This document shows positions 54,201 through 64,000 of a stretch of 64,000 nucleotides of DNA, one piece after another. The notes under the pieces are model-generated. The model was not told where the DNA came from. It saw only the letters and a list, made by a program, of their open reading frames with translations, and did no database searches. Origin of the DNA: Eledone cirrhosa (Eukaryota); NCBI GenBank assembly GCA_964016885.1, contig OZ024744.1, positions 27,652,001-27,716,000 of the forward strand, read 5' to 3'. A program made the translations under genes and the position numbers. Within the stretch, counting starts at the first letter, position 1; every line of letters begins with the position of its first letter.

Positions 54201-57200
54201 TTGTCACTGTTATCACTGTTATTGTCACTGTTGTTGTTGTTCTCGCTGTTGTCACTGTTATTGTCATTGTTGTTGTTGTCGCTGTTATCTCTGTTATTGT
54301 CATTGTTGTTGTCGCTGTTATAACTGTTATTGTCATTGTTGTTGTTGTTGTTGCTGTTATAACTGTTACTGTCATTGTTGTTGTTGTTATCGCTGTAATC
54401 ACTGTTATTTTCATTGTTGTTGTTGTCGCTGTTATCACTGTTATTGTCATTGTTGTTGTTGTCGATTTTATCACTGTTATTGTCACTGTTGTTGTTGTCA
54501 CTGTTATAAATGTTATTGTCACTGTTGTCGTTGTTCTCGCTGTTATCACTGTTATTTTCATTGTTGTTGTTGTCGCTGTTATCACTGTTATTGTCACTGT
54601 TGCTGTTGTTGTCGCTGTTATCTCTGTTATTGTCATTGTTGTTGTCGCTGTTATAACTGTTATTGTCATTGTTGTTGATGCTGTTATAACTGTTACTGTC
54701 ATTGTTGTTGTTGTTGTCGCTGTTATCACTGTTATTTTCATTGTTGTTGTTGTCGCTGTTATCACTGTTATTGTCACTGTTGTTGTTGTTGTCGCTGTTA
54801 TCACTGTTATTGTCACTGTTGTTGTTGTTGTCACTGTTATAAATGTTATAGTCACTGTTGTCGTTGTTGTCGCTGTTATCACTGTTATTGTCACTGTTGT
54901 TGTTGTTGTTGTTGTCGCTGTCATAACTGTTCTTTTCACTGTTGTTGTTGTTGTCGCTGTTATAACTGTTATTGTCACTGTTGTTGTCGCTGTTATAACT
55001 CTTATTGTCACTGTTGTTGTTGTTGTCGCTGTTATCACTGTTATTGTCACAGTTGTTGTTGTCGCTGTTATCATTGTTATTGTCATTGTCGTTGTTGTCG
55101 CTTTTATAACTGTTATTGTCATTATTGTTGTTGTTGTCGCTGTTATAACTGTTATTGTCACTGTTGTTGTTGTTGCTGTCGGTGTTATAACTGTTATTGT
55201 CACTGTTGTTATTGTTGTAGTCGCTGTTATAACTGTTATTGTCACAGTTGTTGTTGTTGTTCTCGCTGTTATCACTGTTATTGTCATTGTTGTTGTTGTC
55301 GCTGTTATCACTGTTATTGTCACTGTTGTTGTTGTTCTCGCTGTTATCACTGTTAGTGTCACTGTTGTTGTTCTTCTCGCTGTTATCACTGTTATTGTCA
55401 TTGTTGTTGTTGAGTTCGCTGTTATAACTGTTATTGTCATTGTTGTTGTTGTTGTTGTCGCTGTTATCACTGTTATTGTCACTGTTGTTGTTGTCGCTGG
55501 TATAATTGTTATTGTCACTGTTGTTTTTGTTGTTGTCGCTGTTATCACTGTTATTGTCACTGTTGTTGTTGTCGCTGTTATAACTGTTATTGTCACTGTT
55601 GTTGTTGTTGTCACTGTTATCACTGTTATTGTCACTGTTGTTGTTGTTCTCGCTGTTATCACTGTTATTGTCATTGTTGTTGTTGTCGCTGTTATCACTG
55701 TTATTGTCACTGTTTCTGTTGTTGTCTCTGTTATCTCTGTTATTGTCATTGTTGTTGTCGCTGTTATAAATGTTATTGTCATTGTTGTTGTTGTTGTTGT
55801 TGCTGTTATAACTGTTACTGTCATTGTTATTGTTGTTGTTGTCGCTGTAATCACTGTTATTTTCATTGTTGTTATTGTCGCTGTTATCACTGTTATTGTC
55901 ACTGTTGTTGTTGTTGTTGTTGTCGATTTTATCACTGTTATTGTCACTGTTGTTGTTGTTGTCACTGTTATAAATGTTATTGTCACTGTTGTCGTTGTTG
56001 TCGCTGTTATCACTGTTATTGTCACAGTTGTTGTTGTCGCTGTTGTCATTGTTATTGTCATTGTCGTTGTTGTCGCTTTTATAACTGTTATTGTCATTGT
56101 AGTTGTTGTTGCTGTCGGTGTTATAACTGTTATTAGTTACTGTTGTTGTTGTTGTTCTCGCTGTTACCACTGTTATTGTCAATGTTGTTGTTGTTGTTGT
56201 CGCTGTTATAACTCTTATTGTCACTGTTGTTGTTGTTGTTGTTGTCGTTGTTATCACTGTTAGTGTCATTTTTGTTATGGTCGCTGTTATCACTGTTATT
56301 GTCATTGTTGTTGTTGTTGTTGTCGCTGTTATCACTGTTATTGTCACTGTTGTTGTTGTTGTCGCTTCTATAACTGTTATTGTCACTATTGCTGTTGTTG
56401 TTGTCGCTGTTATCACTCTTATTGTCATTGTTGTTGTCGCTGTTATCACTGTTATTGTCACTGTTGTTTGTCTCGCTGTTATAACTGTTATTCTCACTGT
56501 TGTTGTTCTGGCTGTTATCACTGGTATTGACACTGTTGTTGTTTTTATTGTCGCTGTTAGAACTGTTATTGTCACTGTTGTTATTGTTGTTGTCGCTGTT
56601 ATAACTGTTATTGTCACTTTTGTTGTTGTTGTTCTTGCTGTTATCACTGTTATTGTCATTGTTGTTGTTGTCGCTGTTATCACTGTTATTGTCATTGTTG
56701 TTGTTGTCGCTGTTATCACTGTTATTGTCACTGTTGTTGTTGTTCTCGCTGTTATCACTGTTATAGTCACTGTTGTTGTTCTTCTCGCTGTTATCACTGT
56801 TATTGTCATTGTTGTTGTTGTTGTGTTCGCTGTTATAACTGTTATTGTCATTGTTGTTGTTGTTGTTGTTGTCGCTGTTATCACTGTTATTTTCACTGTT
56901 GTTGTTGTCGGTGGTATAACTGTTATTGTCACTGTTGTTTTTGGTGTTGTCGCTGTTATCACTGTTATTGTCACTGTTGTTGTTGTCGCTGTTATAACTG
57001 TTATTGTCACTGTTGTTGTTGTTGTCACTGTTATCACTGTAATTGTCACTGTTGTTGTTGTTCCCGCTGTTATCACTGTTATTGTCATTGTTGTTGTTGT
57101 CGCTGTTATCACTGTTATTGTCACTGTTGCTGTTGTTGTCGTTGTTATCTCTGTTATTGTCATTGTTGTTGTCGCTGTTATCACTGTTATTGTCACTGTT

Positions 57201-59250
57201 GTTGTTGTTGTTGTCGCTGTTATAACTGTTACTGTCATTGTTGTTGTTGTTGTCGCTGGTATCACTGTTATTTTCATTGTTGTTGTTGTCGCTGTTATCA
57301 CTGTTATTGTCACTGTTGTTGTTGTTGTTGTCGATGTCATAACTGTTCTTTTCACTGTTGTTGTTGTTCTCGCTGTTATCACTGTTATTGTCACTGTTGT
57401 TGTCGCTGTTATCACTGTTATTGTCACTGTTATTGTTGTTGTTGCTGTTATCACTGTTATTGTCACTGTTGTAGTTGTTGTCGCTGTTATAACTGTTATT
57501 GTCACTGTTGTTGTTGTTGCTGTCGCTGTTATCACTGTTATTGTCATTGTTGTTGTTATTGTGGCTGTTATCACTGTTATTGTCACTGTTGTTGTCGCTG
57601 TTATCACTGTTATTTTCATTGTTGTTGTTGTTGTTCTCTCTGTTATCACTGTTATTGTCACTGTTATTGTCACTGTTGTTGTTGTTCTCGCTATTATAAT
57701 GTTATTGTGAAAGTTGTTGTTGTCGCTGTTATAACTGTTATTGTCATTGTTGTTGTTGTTGTCGCTGTTATCACTGTTATTAACACTGTTGTTGTTGTTG
57801 TTCTCGCTGTTATCACTGTTATTGTTACTGTTGTTATTGTCGCTGTTATAACTGTTATTGTCACTGTTGTTGTTGCTGTTGTCGCTGTCATAACTCTTAT
57901 TGTCACTGTTGTTGTTGTCGTTGTTATCACTGTTATTGTCATTAATGTTGTTCTCGGTGTTATCACTGGTATTGACACTGTTGTTGTTGTTGTTGTCGCT
58001 GTTATAACTGTTATTGTCTCTGTTGATGTTGTTGTTGTCGCTGTTATAACTGTTATTGTCACTGTTGTTGTTGTCGCTATTATAACTCTTATTGTCACTG
58101 TTGTTGTTGTTGTCGTCGTTGTTATCACTGTTATTGTCATTATTGTTGTTGTCGCTGTTATTACTGTTATTGTCATTGTTGTTGTTGTTGTCGCTGTAAT
58201 CACTGTTATTGTCGCTGTTGTTGTTGTCGCTGTTATAACTGTTATTGTCACTATTGCTTTTGTAGTCGCTCTTATCACTCTTATTGTCATTGTTGTTGTT
58301 GTTCTCGCTGCTATCCCTGTTATTGTCATTGTTGTTGTTGTTGTACTCGCTGTTATCACTGTTATTGTCATTGTTGTTGTTGTTGTCGCTGTTATCACTG
58401 TTATTGTCACTGTTTTTGTTGTTGTCGCTATTATCACTGTTATTGTCACTGTTGTTTTTTTTTGTTGTCGCTGTTATCACTGTTATTTTCATTGTTTTTG
58501 TTGTTGTTCTCGCATTTATCACTGTTATTGTCAGTGTTGTTGTTGTTGTTCTCGCTGTTATCACTGTTGTCGTCACTGTTGTTGTTGTTCTCGCTGTTAT
58601 CACTGTTATTGTCACTGTTGTTGTTCTTCTCGCTGTTATCACTGTTATTGTCATTGTTGTTGTTGTTGTGTTCGCTGTTATAACTGTTATTGTCATTGTT
58701 GTTGTTGTTGTTGTCGCTGTTGTCACTGTTATTGTCACTGTTGTTGTTGGCGCTGGTATAACTGTTATTGTCACTGTTGTTTTTGTTGTTGTCGCTGTTA
58801 TCACTGTTATTGTCACTGTTGTTGTTGTCGCTGTTATAACTGTTATTGTCACTGTTGTTGTTGTTGTCACTGTTATCACTGTTATTGTCACTGTTGTTGT
58901 TGTTCTCGCTGTTGTCACTGTTATTGTCATTGTTGTTGTTGTCGCTGTTATCTCTGTTATTGTCATTGTTGTTGTCGCTGTTATAACTGTTATTGTCATT
59001 GTTGTTGTTGTTGTTGCTGTTATAACTGTTACTGTCATTGTTGTTGTTATCGCTGTAATCACTGTTATTTTCATTGTTGTTGTTGTCGCTGTTATCACTG
59101 TTATTGTCATTGTTGTTGTTGTTGTTGTCGATTTTATCACTGTTATTGTCACTGTTGTTGTTGTCACTGTTATAAATGTTATTGTCACTGTTGTCGTTGT
59201 TGTCGCTGTTATCACTGTTATTGTCACTGTTGTTGTTGTTGTTGTTGCTG
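48300..59250. repeat. Triplicated ~2 kb block (48.3, 50.8, 55.6 kb) plus a ~4.66 kb-offset duplication (52.7-54.5 versus 57.3-59.2 kb)
   Basis: gtttct 48411/50920/55712; attagttact 48828/51340/56132; ggtggtata 49621/52136/56910; gtgaaa 53048/57707; ggcgct 54086/58749. Confidence 0.85.
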
Positions 59251-60951
59251 TCATAACTGTTCTTTTCACTGTTGTTGTTGTTGTTGTCGCTGTTATAAAT
59301 GTTATTGTCACTGTTGTTGTCGCTGTTATAACTCTTATTGTCACTGTTGTTGTTGTCGCTGTTATCACTGTTATTGTCACAGTTGTTGTTGTCGCTGTTG
59401 TCATTGTTATTGTCATTGTCGTTGTTGTCGCTTTTATAACTGTTATTGTCATTGTAGTTGTTGTTGTCGCTGTTATAACTGTTATTATCACTGTTGTTGT
59501 TGTTGTTGCTGTCGGTGTTATAACTGTTATTAGTTACTGTTGTTGTTGTTGTTCTCGCTGTTACCACAGTTATTGTCAATGTTGTTGTTGTTGTCGCTGT
59601 TATAACTGTTATTGTCACTGTTGTTGTTGTTGTTGTCGCTGTTATAACTCTTATTGTCACTGTTGTTGTTGTTGTCGTTATCACTGTTATTGTCATTATT
59701 GTTATTGTCGCTGTTATCACTGTTATTGTCATTGTTGTTGTTGTTGTTGTTGTTGTCGCTGTTATCACTGTTATTGTCACTGTTGTTGTTGTTGCTTCTA
59801 TAACTGTTATTGTCACTATTGCTGTTGTTGTTGTCGCTGTTATCACTCGTATTGTCATTGTTGTTGTCGCTGTTATCACTGTTATTGTCACTGTTGTTGT
59901 TCTCGCTGTTATAACTGTTATTCTCACTGTTGTTGTTCTGGCTGTTATCACTGGTATTGACAGTGTTGTTGTTTTTATTGTCGCTGTTAGAACTGTTATT
60001 GTCACTGTTGTTATTGTTGTTGTCGCTGTTATAACTGTTATTGTCACTTTTGTTGTTGTTGTTCTTGCTGTTATCACTGTTATTGTCATTGTTGTTGTTG
60101 TCGCTGTTATCACTGTTATTGTCATTGTTGTTGTCGCTGTTATCACTGTTATTGTCACTGTTGTTGTTCTTCTCGCTGTTATCACTGTTATTGTCACTGT
60201 TGTTGTTCTTCTCGCTGTTATCACTGTTATTGTCATTGTTGTTGTTGTTGTGTTCGCTGTTATAACTGTTATTGTCATTGTTGTTGTTGTTGTTGTTGTT
60301 GTCGCTGTTATCACTGTTATTGTCACTGTTGTTGTTGTCGCTGATATAACTGTTATTGTCACTGTTGTTTTTGTTGTTGTCGCTGTTATCACTGTTATTG
60401 TCACTGTTGTTGTTGTTGTTGTCGATTTTTATCACTGTTATTGTCACTGTTGTTGTTGTTGTCACTGTTATAAATGTTATTGTCACTGTTGTCGTTGTTG
60501 TCGCTGTTATCACTGTTATTGTCACTGTTGTTGTTGTTGTCGCTGTCATAACTGTTCTTTTCATTGTTGTTGTTGTTGTTGTTCTCGCTGTTATCACTGT
60601 TATTGTCACTGTTGTTGTCGCTGTTATCACAGTTATTGTCACTGTTGTTATTGTTGTTGTTCCTGTTATCACTGTTATTGTCACTGTTGTAGTTGTTCTG
60701 GCTGTTATAACTGTTATTGTCACTGTTGTTGTTGTTGTTGCTGTTGCTGTTATCACTGTTATTGTCATTGTTGTTGTTGTGGCTGTTATCACTGTTATTG
60801 TCACTGTTGTTGTCGCTGTTATCACTGTTATTTTCATTGTTGTTGTTGTTCTCTCTGTTATCACTGTTATTGTCACTGTTGTTGTTGTTCTCGCTGTTAT
60901 AACTGTTATTGTCATTGTTGTTGTTGTCGCTGTTATCACTGTTATTAACAC

Positions 60952-60982
<31 letters not shown>

Positions 60983-62079
60983 CTCGCTGTTATCACTGTT
61001 ATTGTCACTGTTGTTGTTGTCGCTGTTATAACTGTTATTGTCACTGTTGTTTTTGCTGTTGTCGCTGTCATAACTCTTATTGTCACTGTTGTTGTTGTCG
61101 TTGTTATCACTGTTATTGTCATTATTGTTGTTCTCGCTGTTATCATTGGTATTGACACTGTTGTTGTTGTTGTCACTGTTATAACTGTTATTGTCTCTGT
61201 TGATGTTGTTGTCGCTGTTATAATTGTTATTGTCACTGTTGTTGTTGTCGCTATTATAACTCTTATTGTCACTGTTGTTGTTGTTGTCGTCGTTGTTATC
61301 ACTGTTATTGTCATTATTGTTGTTGTCGCTGTTATTCCTGTTATTGTCATTGTTGTTGTTGTTGTCGCTGTTATCACTGTTATTATCGCTGTTATAACTG
61401 TTATTGTCACTATTGCTTTTGTTGTCGCTCTTATCACACTTATTGTCATTGTTGTTATTGTTCTCGCTGCTATCCCTTTTATTGTCATTGTTGTTGTTGT
61501 TGTATTCGCTGTTATCACTGTTATTGTCATTGTTGTTGTTGTTGTCGCTGTTATCACTGTTATTGTCACTGTTTTTGTTGTTGTCGCTATTATCACTGTT
61601 ATTGTCACTGTTGTTTTTGTTGTTGTCGCTGTTATCACTGTTATTTTCATTATTGTTATTGTCGCTGTTATCTCTGTTATTGTCAGTGTTGTTGTTGTTG
61701 TTCTCGCTGTTATCAGTGTTGTCGTCACTGTTGTTGTTGTTGTCGCTGTTATAACTGTTATTGTCACTGTTGTTGTTGTTGCTCTCGCTGTTACCACTGT
61801 TATTGTCAATGTTGTTGTTGTTGTCGCTGTTATAACTGTTATTGTCACTGTTGTTGTTGTTGTTGTCGCTGTTATAACTCTTATTGTCACTGTTGTTGTT
61901 ATTGTTGTCGTTGTTATCACTGTTATTGTCATTATTGTTATTGTCGCTGATATCACTGTTATTGTCATTGTTGTTGTTGTTGTCGCTGTTATCGCTTTTA
62001 TTGTCACTGTTTTTGTTGTTGTCGCTTCTATAACTGTTATTTTCACTATTGCTGTTGTTGTCGCTGTTATCACTGTTAT

Positions 62080-63860
62080 TGTCACTGTTGTTGTTCTCGC
62101 TGTTATAACTGTTATTCTCACAGTTGTTGTTGTTCTCGCTGTTATCACTGGTATTGACACTGTTGTTGTTTTTATTGTCACTGTTATAACTGTTATTGTC
62201 ACTGTTGTTATTGTTGTTGTCGCTGTTATAACTGTTATTGTCACTGTTGTTGTTGTTGTTCTCGCTGTTATCACTGTTATTGTCATTGTTGTTGTTGTCG
62301 CTGTTATCACTGTTATTGTCATTGTGGTTGTTGTCGTTGTTATCACTGTTATTGTCACTGTTGTTGTTGTTCTCGCTGTTATCACTGTTATTGTCACTGT
62401 TGCTGTTCTTCTCGCTGTTATAACTGTTATTGTCATTGTTGTTGTTCTTGTTGTTGTCGCTGTTATCACTGTTATTGTCACTGTTTGTTGGTGTCGCTGG
62501 TATAACTGTTATTGTCACTGTTGTTTTTGTTGTTGTCGCTGTTATCACTGTTATTGTCACTGTTGTTGTTGTCGCTGTTATAACTGTTATTGTCATTGTT
62601 GTTGTTGTCACTGTTATCACTGTTGTTGTCACTGTTCTTGTTCTCGCTGTTATCACTGTTATTGTCATTGTTGTTGTTGTCGCTGTTATCATTGTTATTG
62701 TCACTGTTGCTGTTGTTGTCGCTGTTATCTCTGTTATTGTCATTGTTGTTGTCGCTGTTATAACTGTTATTGTCACTGTTGTTGTTGTTGCTGTCGCTGT
62801 TATCACTGTTATTGTCATTGTTGCTGTTGTACTCGCTGTTATAACTGTTATTGTCACTGTTGTTGTCGCTGTTATAACTCTTATTGTCACTGTTGTTGTT
62901 GTCGCTGTTATCACTGTTATTGTCACAGTTGTTGTTGTCGCTGTTGTCATTGTTATTGTCATTGTCGTTGTTGTCGCTTTTATAACTGTTATTGTCATTG
63001 TAGTTGTTGTTGTCGCTGTTATAACTGTTATTATCACTGTTGTTGTTGTTGTTGCTGTCGGTGTTATAACTGTTATTAGTTACTGTTGTTGTTGTTGTTC
63101 TCGCTGTTACCACTGTTATTGTCAATGTTGTTGTTGTTGTCGCTGTTATAACTGTTATTGTCACTGTTGTTGTTCTCGCTGTTATAACTGTTATTCTCAC
63201 AGTTGTTGTTGTTCTCGCTGTTATCACTGGTATTGACACTGTTGTTGTTTTTATTGTCACTGTTATAACTGTTATTGTCACTGTTGTTATTGTTGTTGTC
63301 GCTGTTATAACTGTTATTGTCACTGTTGTTGTTGTTGTTCTCGCTGTTATCACTGTTATTGTCATTGTTGTTGTTGTCGCTGTTATCACTGTTATTGTCA
63401 TTGTGGTTGTTGTCGCTGTTATCACTGTTATTGTCACTGTTGTTGTTGTTCTCGCTGTTATCACTGTTATTGTCACTGTTGCTGTTCTTCTCGCTGTTAT
63501 AACTGTTATTGTCATTGTTGTTGTTCTTGTTGTTGTCGCTGTTATCACTGTTATTGTCACTGTTTGTTGGTGTCGCTGGTATAACTGTTATTGTCACTGT
63601 TGTTTTTGTTGTTGTCGCTGTTATCACTGTTATTGTCACTGTTGTTGTTGTCGCTGTTATAACTGTTATTGTCATTGTTGTTGTTGTCACTGTTATCACT
63701 GTTGTTGTCACTGTTGTTGTTCTCGCTGTTATCACTGTTATTGTCATTGTTGTTGTTGTCGCTGTTATCATTGTTATTGTCACTGTTGCTGTTGTTGTCG
63801 TTGTTATCTCTGTTATTGTCATTGTTGTTGTCGCTGTTATAACTGTTATTGTCATTGTTG
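62080..63860. repeat. ~1.08 kb-offset duplication
   Basis: The +1 lesion gtttgttggt (62486/63565), attctcacag and attgtggtt are shared by both copies. Confidence 0.85.
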
Positions 63861-64000
63861 TTGATGCTGTTATAACTGTTACTGTCATTGTTGTTGTTGT
63901 TGTCGCTGTTATCACTGTTATTTTCATTGTTGTTGTTGTCGCTGTTATCACTGTTATTGTCACTGTTGTTGTTGTTGTCGCTGTTATCACTGTTATTGTC

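Larger units (their letters stand above)
1..64000. repeat. Tandem satellite/minisatellite array: 27-bp core GTCGCTGTTAT(C/A)ACTGTTATTGTCA(C/T)T plus (GTT)n tail; runs off both window ends
   Basis: The same core recurs every ~33-45 bp in one orientation throughout. No unique interruption longer than ~50 bp was found. From the consensus, the + strand is about half T and about a quarter G. Confidence 0.98.

Noticed and set aside
1-64000. CRISPR array (27-bp repeat starting GTCGC with variable spacers)
   Set aside because: The spacers are only short (GTT)n tracts, not unique sequence. The repeats are degenerate, and there is no leader or cas gene.
1-64000. Direct telomerase product with stuttering template
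   Set aside because: Rare variants recur in kb-scale order, which requires DNA-level duplication rather than repeated copying of a short RNA template. There are no G-runs.
1-64000. Sequencing artefact or random low-complexity noise
   Set aside because: Hierarchical shared variants with copy-specific differences indicate real evolutionary history. Exact copy number and order still need read support.
1-64000. G-quadruplexes, long hairpins, terminators, tRNA/rRNA, transposon ends
   Set aside because: There are no G-tracts and no inverted segments beyond 8-11 bp palindromes. No non-repeat sequence is present to carry such features.

Overview
The whole 64 kb window is one uninterrupted, head-to-tail satellite/minisatellite array. 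It has no unique sequence, no inversion and no recognisable gene, RNA gene, transposon or CRISPR. The monomer is a 27-bp core, GTC GCT GTT AT(C/A) ACT GTT ATT GTC A(C/T)T, followed by a variable (GTT)n tail (n mostly 2-6, maximum seen 10). Units are mostly 33-45 bp, roughly 1,600-1,800 copies by length estimate. The core looks derived from (GTT)n: its consensus triplets are R-Y-Y and it contains three RTC-RCT-GTT 9-mers. Rare variant monomers recur in a fixed order, which defines a ~2.7-3.3 kb higher-order cycle. That cycle has been reshuffled by nested duplications of 0.3-7.8 kb. Triplet phase breaks only 24 times, and these breaks trace to 9 distinct lesions, 5 of them copied by duplication. 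The giant ORFs (poly-V/I/T, poly-T, NNSD, poly-C, poly-L) are most simply explained by base composition. The organism cannot be identified; eukaryotic heterochromatin, pericentromere or subtelomere is an inference. All offsets were read by eye and block boundaries are approximate.
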